64,000 bases of DNA from NCBI GenBank assembly GCA_963827685.1, contig CAWHBU010000005.1, positions 160,001-224,000 on the forward strand, in the 5' to 3' direction. This stretch comes from an uncultured delta proteobacterium. Its GTDB lineage: Bacteria; Desulfobacterota; BSN033; UBA1163. The translations under genes and the position numbers were made by a program. Under the pieces are notes generated by a model, which searched no databases, had not been told where the DNA came from, and saw only the letters and a list, made by a program, of their open reading frames with translations. Shown here in pieces: positions 48,238 through 58,168 of this stretch; within the stretch, counting starts at the first letter, position 1; each line of letters begins with the position of its first letter.

Positions 48238-49213
48238 ACCCCTTATTCCCGTCATTTTTCCGATCCGCACTCCTGAAACTGCGAGGATGGGCCTTGTCAT
48301 AGACCTCCATCAATTTCCCCATACTGACGTGGGTATATCTCTGGGTGGTCGAGAGGCTCGAATGTCCTAACATCTCCTGAATCTCCCGGATATCAGCCCC
48401 GGCATCCAAAAGATGCGTTGCAAACGTGTGACGGAGGCTGTGAGGGCTGACTTTTCGGAAAATGCCCGAATGTCTTACATACTTCTTAACCAATCTTCCC
48501 ACACTCCGTGCAGTCAATCTCCCTCCTAAGGAGTTGACAAAAATAGGGCCATCTCCCTTTACCATTCCTCGTTCTTCCAAATAGGACTTCGTTGCCTCTA
48601 TGGCTTTCATACCGACCGGGACGATGCGCTCTTTCCTTCCCTTCCCCATCACTCTCACGATGCCCAAGTCCAGATCCAATTGATCCGAATTCAATCCCAC
48701 CAACTCGCTGACACGCAATCCGCTGGAATAAAGAAGTTCTAAAATGGCTCGATCCCTTAAACCCTTCTCCTTCGACCCTTCTGAAGGCCTTTCAGAAATA
48801 CTCTTGGGTGATTCCATCAACCGGAAGGCCTCATCCACAGTGAGCGTGGTGGGAAGGGTCTTCTCCACCTTCGGAGTCGAAACGCTTTTGGCCGGGTTAG
48901 AAGGAATCACTTGCTCTCTGACCAAATATTTAAAAAAAGAGCGCAGCGTGGAAATCTTTCTGGCGATGGAACTCTTCTTATTTTTCCGGTGGAGGAAGCT
49001 TAAATATTTTCGAATGGCTATGCGATCCACTTTTTCTATCTCCACTTCCCCCGTAGGACTAAGATACATTCCCAAACTCTTCAAAAAATCCTCAAATCCC
49101 TCTAAATCCCTTCGGTAACATCGACAGGTATGAGGTGAGGCGTTCTTTTCAACAGACAGATAATGTATAAATTGATGGATGAAACCACGCTTATCAACAA
49201 ACCGAGAAGCCAT
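48236..49213 (-). CDS. xerC: Tyrosine recombinase XerC
   Basis: RDRAILELLYSSGLRVSE, GKGRKER, HSLRHTFATHLL, LGHSSLSTTQRY; upstream of hslV. Confidence 0.92.
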   Translation of the reverse strand: MASRFVDKRGFIHQFIHYLSVEKNASPHTCRCYRRDLEGFEDFLKSLGMYLSPTGEVEIEKVDRIAIRKYLSFLHRKNKKSSIARKISTLRSFFKYLVREQVIPSNPAKSVSTPKVEKTLPTTLTVDEAFRLMESPKSISERPSEGSKEKGLRDRAILELLYSSGLRVSELVGLNSDQLDLDLGIVRVMGKGRKERIVPVGMKAIEATKSYLEERGMVKGDGPIFVNSLGGRLTARSVGRLVKKYVRHSGIFRKVSPHSLRHTFATHLLDAGADIREIQEMLGHSSLSTTQRYTHVSMGKLMEVYDKAHPRSFRSADRKNDGNKG

Positions 49214-49388
49214 TCATCCCCTCATTGGTCATCCCTTCAGACATCATGTAAGTTATGAAAATATTATTAAAAATTAATTCTATAACACAATCCCTAAATT
49301 TATCAATATTTTTCTCATTGACATTCCTTAAGTTTTCCGTATACACTTGAATTGTTAATGCCAATTTCAAGAAAAGGAGGTGATAAGA

Positions 49389-49601
49389 ATGGCAGAACCA
49401 AGAGTCGCGAGGGTGACCGAAATTATTGCGGGTTCTTCAAAGGGTTTCGAGGATGCCATCAAGGTTGGCTTTGCAAGAGCGGCAAAGACCTTAAGGGGTA
49501 TCACCGGAATGCGTGTTGCTGAAATGCGGGTGGCAGTGGAAAATTCTAAAATTATCGAATACAGGGTCAGGTTGGAAATCATTTTCGTCCTCGAAACCTA
49601 A
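49389..49601 (+). CDS. Dodecin family protein
   Basis: TEIIAGSSKGFEDAI...AAKTLRGI...EYRV; AAGGAGG RBS; TTGACA at 49318. Confidence 0.88.
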   Translation: MAEPRVARVTEIIAGSSKGFEDAIKVGFARAAKTLRGITGMRVAEMRVAVENSKIIEYRVRLEIIFVLET

Positions 49602-49628
49602 TGACTTATCTATCTAACATTTACCAAC

Positions 49629-49673
49629 CCTGCTTGCCCCGCCCTCCGTCGGGACCGGGGCCGGCAGGCAAGC
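49629..49673. repeat. Nested GC-rich palindrome (REP-like)
   Basis: cctgcttgc-cccgccctccgtcgggaccgggg-ccggcaggcaagc; same cctgcttgc start as 39100. Confidence 0.6.
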
Positions 49674-49691
49674 GTAAAGAGGACTAAAAAT

Positions 49692-49734
49692 GAAAGGCCC
49701 TATCTTCAAAGCTGAGGTAGGGCCTTTCTGTTTT
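49692..49734 (+). terminator. Intrinsic terminator after dodecin (between convergent genes)
   Basis: gaaaggccctatct...aggtagggcctttc stem followed by tgtttt. Confidence 0.8.
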
Positions 49735-49785
49735 CAGATCCCCATTTCTCATTGAATGGTAATAAAAACCCAGAAAATTCAGGGC

Positions 49786-50796
49786 TTAAGTTCTCTCCTT
49801 GATTACTTTCCGCAGCTCCTCTTTACTTGCGACTGCGGTTCCGACCTTTCCAACGACAATCCCCGCCGCATAGTTCGCTAAACTCGCTGCATCTTTAACC
49901 CTCACACGAGGCCCTGTTCCTAAAGCAAGAGCCATCGTTCCAATCACCGTATCTCCGGCACCCGTCACATCATAAACCTCTTTGGCGACCGTGGGGACAG
50001 GATAGGGTTGCTGATGAGGCTCGAAAATCGTCATTCCCTTTTCTCCTTGCGTGATGACTAAAGCGTTACACTTCAACCTCTTCAACAGGTTCCTCCCCAT
50101 TCTCTCCACTGAGAATTGATCGGTGACAGAGATCCTTGATGCTTCACTCGCCTCATTGGTATTCGGGGTAATCACGGTGGCTCCTTTATAAAAAAAGAAA
50201 GTTTTTAGCTTCGGATCAACCATGATCAATTTCTTTGAATGCCTCGCTTTTCTGATGATGGTTTGAATCAGCGTTCTCGTCAACAAACCTTTCCCGTAAT
50301 CAGAAATCACGATCCCGTCGAAATCTTCAATTTTGTCCGTCAAAAACTTCGATAGATTTCTGAAGGTAGAAACCTTGGGGTGATCGGTCGTCTCCCGATC
50401 AACTCGAACCAATTGTTGGTAATGTGGATGGTGAGCGATGATCCTGGTCTTAACCGTCGTCTGTCTCCCTTGTTCAAAAAATATCCCTTGCGTTTGAATT
50501 CCCCTTTCAACAATTCTTTTATATATTTTCTTCCCATTCTCGTCATCACCCACAATGCCACAGAGCGATACGATCCCTCCAAGTGAACGAATATTATGCG
50601 CAACATTGGCAGCCCCTCCAAGGTTAAAATCCTCTGTTTCCACAATGATGACTGGAACGGGAGCCTCTGGGGATATCCGAGAGACTTTTCCCAAAATGGA
50701 TCGGTCCATCATAATATCACCCACCACCAAGAGTTTTACCCGAGGAAAATTGTTCAATATGGATTCCAGCTTTTTCCGTTCACTCATCCTGATCAT
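49786..50796 (-). CDS. rfaE1: D-beta-D-heptose 7-phosphate kinase (HldE/RfaE domain I, PfkB family)
   Basis: RISPEAPVP, GGAANVA, SDYGKG, DVTGAGDT. Confidence 0.92.
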   Translation of the reverse strand: MIRMSERKKLESILNNFPRVKLLVVGDIMMDRSILGKVSRISPEAPVPVIIVETEDFNLGGAANVAHNIRSLGGIVSLCGIVGDDENGKKIYKRIVERGIQTQGIFFEQGRQTTVKTRIIAHHPHYQQLVRVDRETTDHPKVSTFRNLSKFLTDKIEDFDGIVISDYGKGLLTRTLIQTIIRKARHSKKLIMVDPKLKTFFFYKGATVITPNTNEASEASRISVTDQFSVERMGRNLLKRLKCNALVITQGEKGMTIFEPHQQPYPVPTVAKEVYDVTGAGDTVIGTMALALGTGPRVRVKDAASLANYAAGIVVGKVGTAVASKEELRKVIKERT

Positions 50797-50809
50797 TTCA
50801 TCTATCCTT

Positions 50810-51757
50810 TTAATACTTTTTTCGCTTCTGAAAAAATTCAACCGTCTTTTTCAATCCGATCTCGATTTCAACCTTTGGCTCATAATTGATCATTTCTTTT
50901 CCCTTGCGGATATCGGCCAAGGAGTGTCTTACATCCCCTTTCCGAGGTTCTTGATAAATAGGGGATACCTTCGATCCGAGAATCTCTTTCAGGATATTCA
51001 GTAATTGGTTCAACGAGATTCTTTTTCCACAGGCAATATTTATGGCCTGTCCATGGAGGTGTTCTGCCGACATGGCAAGAAGATTGGCTTGAACCACATT
51101 CTCAATATAGGTAAAATCTCGAGATTGCTCTCCATCTCCGAAGATGATCGGTACACGACCCTGAACCAGGGCATCGATAAACTTCGGGATGACAGCAGAG
51201 TAGAGGGAGTTCGGGTCCTGTTTTGGGCCAAAAATATTGAAATACCTCAGGGAGATGGTTTCGAGACCATAGAGTTGGTAAAAAAGTCGGCAATATTGTT
51301 CCCCGATATATTTTTGTAAGGCATAGGGCGAGAGAGGATGGGAGGGCATTTCCTCATGCTTTGGTAAAGTAGGGGTATCGCCGTAGATGGAAGAAGAGGA
51401 CGCATAGATGACTCTCTTCACCCCTTTCTCCCTGGCGGCAAGAAGAATATTCAAAGTCCCTCCTGCATTGACTGCATTCGAGGTCCCCGGATCCTCTACA
51501 GAACGCTGAACCGATGGGAGGGCACCCTGATGAAATACATATTCCATTCCCTGCACCGCTTTTTGACAGGTACTGAGGTCACGTATATCTCCTTCGACAA
51601 TCTCCAGCGAAGGGTAGGTTTTGGCAAAAATCAAATTGTCTCTTTTGCCAGTGGAAAAATTATCGAGGACTCGAACAAAGTGGCCCGCTTTGAGCAAGTC
51701 CTCCGTCAGGTTTGACCCGATAAACCCCGCTCCTCCAGTCACTAATACTTTTGGCAT
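50810..51757 (-). CDS. UDP-Glc(NAc) 4-epimerase-like SDR
   Basis: GGAGFIGS, YALQK, RYFNIFGP, QSRDFTY. Confidence 0.9.
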   Translation of the reverse strand: MPKVLVTGGAGFIGSNLTEDLLKAGHFVRVLDNFSTGKRDNLIFAKTYPSLEIVEGDIRDLSTCQKAVQGMEYVFHQGALPSVQRSVEDPGTSNAVNAGGTLNILLAAREKGVKRVIYASSSSIYGDTPTLPKHEEMPSHPLSPYALQKYIGEQYCRLFYQLYGLETISLRYFNIFGPKQDPNSLYSAVIPKFIDALVQGRVPIIFGDGEQSRDFTYIENVVQANLLAMSAEHLHGQAINIACGKRISLNQLLNILKEILGSKVSPIYQEPRKGDVRHSLADIRKGKEMINYEPKVEIEIGLKKTVEFFQKRKKY

Positions 51758-51876
51758 GTTAATCTCCCGTTGTTTCTATTTAACAAAATGATCTCAATTT
51801 ATCAAGGAATAATATCCCTATGATACGCAGTGTCTTGATGTAAAAAGGATAGGGAGACACTTCACTGAGATAATTA

Positions 51877-52968
51877 CTATTCGTTCCCCTTTCCCTCGAT
51901 TAATTTGACCGTTCGATCTGCTGCTAATCGGACGCCCCTCGGATTCCAATGGCTATCATCAAGAAAAAAGAGCAGGGCTGATTTTTCTTGGTATTCGTCT
52001 TCGAAGGCTTTTTGGGTATCCACGGTTTCAACCTTTCTTTTTTTCAACTCCTGAATCAGCTGTTCTAAGAATACGGGTCTTCGGGGGTTCGGCAGAAAAT
52101 CGTGATAAATATTTTCTTTGTTGGGGATCGGAAGAAAGATAAAGCGAATATTCCTTTTTCTTAGAACCTGGTTATAGGCTTCGATGGTTTCGACTGCTTT
52201 ATGGAGACGCTCAGCGGGCACTTCTTTATTGGCTGCCTCCCCCTGAACAAAAAGCATGGGGCCAAATTTTGAAGGAAAATGATAAAAATCCATGAGAGTT
52301 CCATTTCCTACTTTTGCCCTGACATAGTTCAGCATATTCATTTTGAAAAGACGGTCGAGTATCACCCCTACGGATTGAACCCATCTCGTTTGCTCTACTT
52401 TGTCTCTCCATTCATAAAAAGAAAGAAGCGCTTCCCTTTTTTTGGATGGTTTTGGAGGCGGCATATTGAGAATATCTCTCTCAATGAATGAAACAATGAC
52501 TACCTTTGGAGAATCTTTCTTAAATCGAAGATCCTTTAGGAAAGTATTGATCGATCCCACCGGGGCGTAAGGGTACACAGGAACTTTCAATTGTTCTTCT
52601 AAAACTTCAGAGAGCATCTCTTCTTGTGTCAGCCCAATGCCGGCAATATTCGAATCGCCGATGATGACTACCTGTGGTTTCATCCCCTCCGCATCCTTTT
52701 TCCGATAGCCATAGCGGTCCGTTATCCATTTCACCCTCTTGGGGGTGGCAAAAGAGGTATGATGCGCTAAATCCCCGCTGCTTTCCAATTTTGTTACTTC
52801 CATGCAGGGGTAAAAATGCCCAGGGAAAATTGAGTGAATTTTTCTTATGAGCAAAGCCTCCCAAACCCGAAAGGCGAAAAAATCGATCGGCAAGACGAAT
52901 AGTTCAATCCCGATCATGAGAAGGAAGGGACATGAGAAAAGGAAAACTTTCAAAATAAATTTTTTCAT
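51877..52968 (-). CDS. SGNH-like O-acetyltransferase partner (AlgJ/AlgX-like)
   Basis: N-terminal TM, GDSN, PNKENIY, DDSHWN (DxH); next to MBOAT. Confidence 0.75.
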   Translation of the reverse strand: MKKFILKVFLFSCPFLLMIGIELFVLPIDFFAFRVWEALLIRKIHSIFPGHFYPCMEVTKLESSGDLAHHTSFATPKRVKWITDRYGYRKKDAEGMKPQVVIIGDSNIAGIGLTQEEMLSEVLEEQLKVPVYPYAPVGSINTFLKDLRFKKDSPKVVIVSFIERDILNMPPPKPSKKREALLSFYEWRDKVEQTRWVQSVGVILDRLFKMNMLNYVRAKVGNGTLMDFYHFPSKFGPMLFVQGEAANKEVPAERLHKAVETIEAYNQVLRKRNIRFIFLPIPNKENIYHDFLPNPRRPVFLEQLIQELKKRKVETVDTQKAFEDEYQEKSALLFFLDDSHWNPRGVRLAADRTVKLIEGKGNE

Positions 52969-52977
52969 AAACCCTTC

Positions 52978-54438
52978 CTAAAATTGGAAATAGATAAACT
53001 CTTTGGTTCCAAAATGGCCAAACAATAGGATGGCCAAAACCATTGAATAATAGACGGCCCACCTCAGACTGATCCGCTTCTTAGATAGCCACTGGTCAAA
53101 ATGATTGCCTCCTTGCAAGAGATGGATGAGCAACAATATTCCAACTGAAACAACCCCCACGACCGATTGAAATTTCAGCGGCCCAAAAAACGGAGTGGCC
53201 TTAGGTGCCTGAATACCGAGGCCTCCCCATCCTGTGAATAAATGCGAGATGATATAGATCGCATCCGAGATGCTATTTGCCCTAAAAAATATCCAGGCAA
53301 AACACACCAGGAAGAACGTTCCCACTATTTTCAAACCATTATGAAGTCTTGGAACTCTATCCAAACCTATCGTCTTACGAACCTTCTCTCTAATCCCTTG
53401 CGTTAAAACTGAAAAAACGAGATAAATTCCGTGCAATCCTCCCCAAACGAGAAATGTCCAATTGGCTCCATGCCATAGCCCACAGATCAATAAAACCATG
53501 AATAGATTAAAATACCACCTTGGCATGGTAACGCGATTCCCCCCTATCGGAATATAGAGATAATCTCGAAACCATGTGGAGAGAGAAATGTGCCACCTTC
53601 TCCAGAATTCGGGGATGGATTTCGAAAAATAGGGGCGATTAAAATTATCCATGGTGGTGAATCCCATGATCTGGGCCGCTCCGATGGCCATATCCGAGTA
53701 ACCTGCAAAATCGCAATAAATTTGGAATGCGAAGAATAAGGTCGCCAGGACGAGGCCGATCCCCTGATGATGAGTCGGATCGTTATATACAGAATCCACC
53801 AAGGGGGCTAAGTTGTCCGCAATCACCATTTTTTGAAAGAGTCCCCAAAGCATCAATTTCAATCCGTTAGTCACTCTCGAATAGTCAAAACCAAATTTTC
53901 CATACAACTGGGGCAAGAACCTTGTCGCCCTTTCAATGGGCCCGGCCAACAATTGTGGAAAGAAAGCCACATAGAGTGCGTAGAGCCCCAAATGCTTTTC
54001 GGGGGACTGGTCCCCTCGATAGACATCAATGGCATAACTCAAATTTTTAAATGTGTAGAATGAAATACCAATAGGTAGAAGAACATTGAGCGCAGGACTT
54101 CCATAAAACAGGTTGTAATGCTGGAAGATGACTCTCAAGGAATCATTGAAAAAATTGTAATACTTAAATACAAACAAAAACCCGAGGTTGAAAAATAGAC
54201 TGAGGATTAGAATTGTCTTTCTTCTGGATTTTGTTGCAATTTTACCCATCCAGAGGCCAGCAGAATAGGTGATGAAGGTTGTTATGATAATTAAAATGAC
54301 ATAGGCTGGCTTCCATGAAATATAGAAATAGTAACTTGCCCCAAGAAGCAATATCCATCGGAAACGGTAAGGAATCGCAAAGTACATTGCCGTCACAATT
54401 GCGAAAAAAAACAAAAATTGCATGGAGTTAAACAGCAT
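52978..54438 (-). CDS. MBOAT O-acetyltransferase (AlgI/PatA-like)
   Basis: LPIGISFYTF, FFPQLLAGPIER, DFAGYSD, FWRRWHISLS, GLWHGA. Confidence 0.93.
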   Translation of the reverse strand: MLFNSMQFLFFFAIVTAMYFAIPYRFRWILLLGASYYFYISWKPAYVILIIITTFITYSAGLWMGKIATKSRRKTILILSLFFNLGFLFVFKYYNFFNDSLRVIFQHYNLFYGSPALNVLLPIGISFYTFKNLSYAIDVYRGDQSPEKHLGLYALYVAFFPQLLAGPIERATRFLPQLYGKFGFDYSRVTNGLKLMLWGLFQKMVIADNLAPLVDSVYNDPTHHQGIGLVLATLFFAFQIYCDFAGYSDMAIGAAQIMGFTTMDNFNRPYFSKSIPEFWRRWHISLSTWFRDYLYIPIGGNRVTMPRWYFNLFMVLLICGLWHGANWTFLVWGGLHGIYLVFSVLTQGIREKVRKTIGLDRVPRLHNGLKIVGTFFLVCFAWIFFRANSISDAIYIISHLFTGWGGLGIQAPKATPFFGPLKFQSVVGVVSVGILLLIHLLQGGNHFDQWLSKKRISLRWAVYYSMVLAILLFGHFGTKEFIYFQF

Positions 54439-54481
54439 GATTCCTTACCCCAATTTCCACTGTTTGAATGGCCTTAAAGAA

Positions 54482-54862
54482 TTATAAGGGGATCCTGTCG
54501 GAAGGAAGGCACCGCCTCCTCAATTCTTTGAACTCCATTTCTAAAAGAGCGTACCGTTGCGCCAGATCTTTATTCTGACCTGTTAACTTAGAAATGACAA
54601 CGGAAAAATGGAAGACGATAAGGAGGAGAAAGAAAAAGGCGATTAAAACTACCGCAGACAAATAGAATATACCAGTGATTCTGACAAAAAACTGCGAGAG
54701 GAGAAACTCAGGCCATAGACTAAACACCAGGACCGCTATGCCTGTAAAAAGCCAGAGGATAGCATATTCTTCCCGAAGTCTCTTCTTTCTGATGAGCTCA
54801 AAGGTGATCACGAGCAGAATCATACTGAGCACACCAACAATGATTTGAATCTTGATTAACAT
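54482..54862 (-). CDS. DUF2304-like small membrane protein
   Basis: IRKKRLREEYAILW, 3 TM segments, C-terminal LAQRYAL; paired with GT2. Confidence 0.75.
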   Translation of the reverse strand: MLIKIQIIVGVLSMILLVITFELIRKKRLREEYAILWLFTGIAVLVFSLWPEFLLSQFFVRITGIFYLSAVVLIAFFFLLLIVFHFSVVISKLTGQNKDLAQRYALLEMEFKELRRRCLPSDRIPL

Positions 54863-54873
54863 CGTTTTCCCTC

Positions 54874-55605
54874 CTATTCCAAAAGGGGTGACTTTTTGAA
54901 ACAATCTACAAAAATCGCTAATAGAACCTTCACCATATAATAGATAGACCTGATTTTCGTAATCGAAGACTCCCCGGAGTACCTCTCACTCATTCCGACC
55001 GGAACTTCTCCCATCTTTAAACGACATTGATGGAGCAAGATCACTACTTCGGGCTCTGGATAATCCTGTGGATAATTCGAAGCAAATAATTGAATCGCCT
55101 TTCGATTCGCTGCCCTAAATCCAGAAGTGGGGTCTGTAATCTTCTGCCTCACAATCATTGAAATTACTTGGGAGAAGATGGAAATTCCTATCCTTCGCAT
55201 CGTCGATGATTTATAGCCCAAATCTCCGATAAAACGCGAACCGATGGCCACATCAACGTTCTTCTCTTCCAAAGCCTTAAGGAGTTTGCCAATCTCTTTC
55301 GGATCATGTTGACCGTCGCCATCGACCTGTATCGCAATATCATAACCTTTCTCATGGGCATACTGGTATCCCGCTTGCATGGCTCCACCGATCCCCAGAT
55401 TAAAAGGGAGATCCAGGACCATTGCGCCGCAGGCCTTGGCTTTTTCTGAAGTGAGATCCGTGGACCCATCATTCACCACCAGCACCTCCCCCTGTGGAAG
55501 ATGGGTATGAACCTGGTCCACCACCTTTTCCAATGATCCCTCCTCATTAAAAGCAGGGATAATCACTAATATCCTTTTTCCTAAACCCCTATAAATTGAT
55601 TCCAT
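54874..55605 (-). CDS. Glycosyltransferase family 2 (DPM1-like)
   Basis: IPAFNEE, VNDGSTD, NLGIGGA, DGDGQHD, DPTSGF. Confidence 0.9.
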   Translation of the reverse strand: MESIYRGLGKRILVIIPAFNEEGSLEKVVDQVHTHLPQGEVLVVNDGSTDLTSEKAKACGAMVLDLPFNLGIGGAMQAGYQYAHEKGYDIAIQVDGDGQHDPKEIGKLLKALEEKNVDVAIGSRFIGDLGYKSSTMRRIGISIFSQVISMIVRQKITDPTSGFRAANRKAIQLFASNYPQDYPEPEVVILLHQCRLKMGEVPVGMSERYSGESSITKIRSIYYMVKVLLAIFVDCFKKSPLLE

Positions 55606-55826
55606 TCGCCTATATGGGACCCTCCTCGATCCTCTCCTGTATCCTATGCATCGATATCAGATTCAGAAGGGATCATTCTATGGAGTCATTTAGATTAAAG
55701 TAAAGAATTTATCATGATCTCAATATCGGATGTAGTCCAGATTAGATTATTAAAAAGGCTACACAGAACGTTTTCTTTCTAGCAGAAGAATTGAAATTTT
55801 CACCCTACAGTAAGATTAAATATTTT

Positions 55827-55955
55827 ATAACTCTTTAGCGCTTTGAAAAATCGTCGTCATGGAACACCGCTCAGGGATGACCGCATTCCAAAACTTTGAA
55901 AGCATCCCTGACCGGGGGACCAATTTCATTCCTTTTCAAAGAGCTAAAGTGTTAC
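55827..55955. mobile_element. 129-bp MITE-like element with terminal inverted repeats and 8-bp TSD
   Basis: ATAACTCTTTAGCGCTTTGAAAA / TTTTCAAAGAGCTAAAGTGTTAC (20/23 match); direct repeat AATATTTT at 55819-26 and 55956-63; internal TCAGGGATG/CATCCCTGA. Confidence 0.75.
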
Positions 55956-55982
55956 AATATTTTAAATCATCATGAACGACTA

Positions 55983-56921
55983 TTAGACTGTATTGTTTGA
56001 AAGGAACTCTTTGTACCATTTGTACGTTATTCTTAACCCCTCATCCAGCAGAGTTTTGGGTTTCCAACCCAGGGTCGTTATTCTGCTTGTATCGAGAATT
56101 CTTGCCGGATTTCCGTCTGGTTTGGCAGTATCATAAATGATATACCCTTTAAAACCCGTTATCCTTTTGATCCACTCAGCCACTTCCGTTATGGTTGTAC
56201 CCACTCCAGTCCCTACATTGATTGCCTCATTCTCGTCATACTGATCCATCAAAAAAATGCACGCCTCTGCAAGGTCATCGGCATAGAAAAACTCCCTCTG
56301 GGGTCTGCCGGTTCCCCAAAGAGTGACAGATTCCTCTCCTTTGACCTTCGCCTCATGAAACTTCTTGATGAGTGACGCCACGACGTGACCTTCTTCATCG
56401 AAATGATCCTTGATCCCATACACATTTGCAGGAATGATTGATATGAAGTTTGTTACATATTGTCGGTTATAGGCCTGGCACATCTTCATTCCGGCAAGTT
56501 TCGCAACCCCGAAAGGCTCATTGGTTGGTTCAAGAGGGCCCGTCATCAGGTATTCCTCTTTCATCGGTTGTTGGCACCCCTTTGGATAGATACATGAACT
56601 AGCAAAGAAGAGAAGTTTCTTGACCTCATACCTGTAGGATAGATCAATTACATTGGTTTGAATCATGAGGTTTTCGTAGATAAACTCTGCTGGGTAGGTG
56701 CTATTGGCGAAGATTCCACCCACCTTGGCTGCAGCGAGAAACACATATTGAGGATTCTCTTTTTCAAAAAACTCTTTAACCTTCTTCCTCTCGGTTAAAT
56801 CCATCTCCTTATGGGTTTTTGTAATAATATTGGAATAGCCCAAGGAGCGGAGTTTTCTAACCATTGCCGAACCAATAAGTCCTGTATGACCCGCTATATA
56901 GATCTTGGCATTCTGTTCCAA
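55983..56921 (-). CDS. fcl: GDP-L-fucose synthase family reductase/epimerase
   Basis: AGHTGLIGSA, AAAKVGGI, SSCIYPK, WGTGRPQREF; catalytic YxxxK appears as FGVAK. Confidence 0.8.
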   Translation of the reverse strand: MEQNAKIYIAGHTGLIGSAMVRKLRSLGYSNIITKTHKEMDLTERKKVKEFFEKENPQYVFLAAAKVGGIFANSTYPAEFIYENLMIQTNVIDLSYRYEVKKLLFFASSCIYPKGCQQPMKEEYLMTGPLEPTNEPFGVAKLAGMKMCQAYNRQYVTNFISIIPANVYGIKDHFDEEGHVVASLIKKFHEAKVKGEESVTLWGTGRPQREFFYADDLAEACIFLMDQYDENEAINVGTGVGTTITEVAEWIKRITGFKGYIIYDTAKPDGNPARILDTSRITTLGWKPKTLLDEGLRITYKWYKEFLSNNTV

Positions 56922-56939
56922 TTCGAAACACCTCTTGGC

Positions 56940-58157
56940 TTATGTGTAATTCTCCAAAAAGTTTGCCACGGTATCCATGATATATTGAATCTCTTCCTCT
57001 CCTATATCTTGATGGACCCCTATGTGGAGCCCGTTCTTCCCGATATATTCAGCATTCGGGAAATCGTCAATCTTATAGTTCAAAAAACCAAAGCCATCGC
57101 ATTGGGTCGGCATGGAAAGGAAGAGGCTCCTTGTGTCAATTCCCTTTTTCTCCATAAAGTCGACAAGCTGATCGCGCTTAAAGGGAGCATCTTCCTTCAC
57201 GATGATAGGAAACGCATGGGGACCAATCCTTTCATAAGGCTCTTCGGTGATGGTGCAGAGATATTCTCCAAACTTTTTAAATCTTTCAATCAGGATGAGC
57301 AAGTTCTTTCGCTTCTTCTTAAATATCTGGTCAAAGATCTCAAGATTTCCCAATCCAACCGCCGCTTCCAGTTCGTTCATTTTGGATGAAAATCCTATCC
57401 TTTCGAATTGGAAACGGATATCCACACCATCCCCAGATTGGAACCTCTTGGGACAATAGCCGGAACTGATATTCAGGACACAGCTCTCGCACTTGCAGGC
57501 CCTCCCATGAGACCGGAGAGATCTCAGGATCTCGGCAAAGTCGGACCTATCTGTGACCACTACCCCTCCCTCGATTGTTGTGATGATATGAGCCACATAA
57601 GTGCTGTAGGCGGCCATGTCTCCAATGGTTCCTATGTTTCTCCCTTTATAAACGGCTCCGTGGGCTTCGGCTGCATCTTCAATAACATAAAGACCATATC
57701 TCTTGGCTATCTCCATAATAGGATCCATATCCGCTGGTTTTCCCATAAGGTGAACAGGCATGATAGCCCTAGTTTTTTCACTAATCCTCTCCTCGATTTT
57801 ATTGGGATCGATATTTAGTGTTCCTCGATCAATATCGACAAAGACGGGTATAAAGCCAGCTTGTAATACAGAGTTCCCTGTGGCAACAAAGGACAGGGCA
57901 GGTAAGATCGCCTCATCTCCTCTTCTTGCTCCGAAATCGAATAAAACGGCAAGGGCTAAGGCATCTGCATCGGCACCGCTGCTAACTGCCACGGCTTCTT
58001 CTGTCCCTACAAGCTGAGCAAACTTTTTCTCAAATTCCCTTACCAACTTCCCGCTTGAAACCCGATTTGAATTCAGAGCTTCGATGATGAGAGCTTTTGA
58101 TCTTTCAGAAATGGTCACTGTTCCAAATGGAATTCTCATACGATTTCTTTTCTCCAT
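56940..58157 (-). CDS. DegT/DnrJ family PLP enzyme (ColD/RfbH-like dehydratase possible)
   Basis: EDAAEAHGA; STYVAHIITTIEGG has His at the usual PLP-Lys position. Confidence 0.85.
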   Translation of the reverse strand: MEKRNRMRIPFGTVTISERSKALIIEALNSNRVSSGKLVREFEKKFAQLVGTEEAVAVSSGADADALALAVLFDFGARRGDEAILPALSFVATGNSVLQAGFIPVFVDIDRGTLNIDPNKIEERISEKTRAIMPVHLMGKPADMDPIMEIAKRYGLYVIEDAAEAHGAVYKGRNIGTIGDMAAYSTYVAHIITTIEGGVVVTDRSDFAEILRSLRSHGRACKCESCVLNISSGYCPKRFQSGDGVDIRFQFERIGFSSKMNELEAAVGLGNLEIFDQIFKKKRKNLLILIERFKKFGEYLCTITEEPYERIGPHAFPIIVKEDAPFKRDQLVDFMEKKGIDTRSLFLSMPTQCDGFGFLNYKIDDFPNAEYIGKNGLHIGVHQDIGEEEIQYIMDTVANFLENYT

Positions 58158-58168
58158 CCATAAAGAGG

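Noticed and set aside
47981-48370. Extended hslV start and short ORFs 48025..48300, 48131..48370 and 47922..48302
   Set aside because: Peptides such as [10 protein letters not shown] and PACAKPRLP are read-throughs of repeat and palindrome DNA.
48236-49213. Tyrosine recombinase as prophage or island integrase
   Set aside because: Motifs and xerC-hslV-hslU synteny indicate housekeeping XerC; no phage genes or att sites seen.
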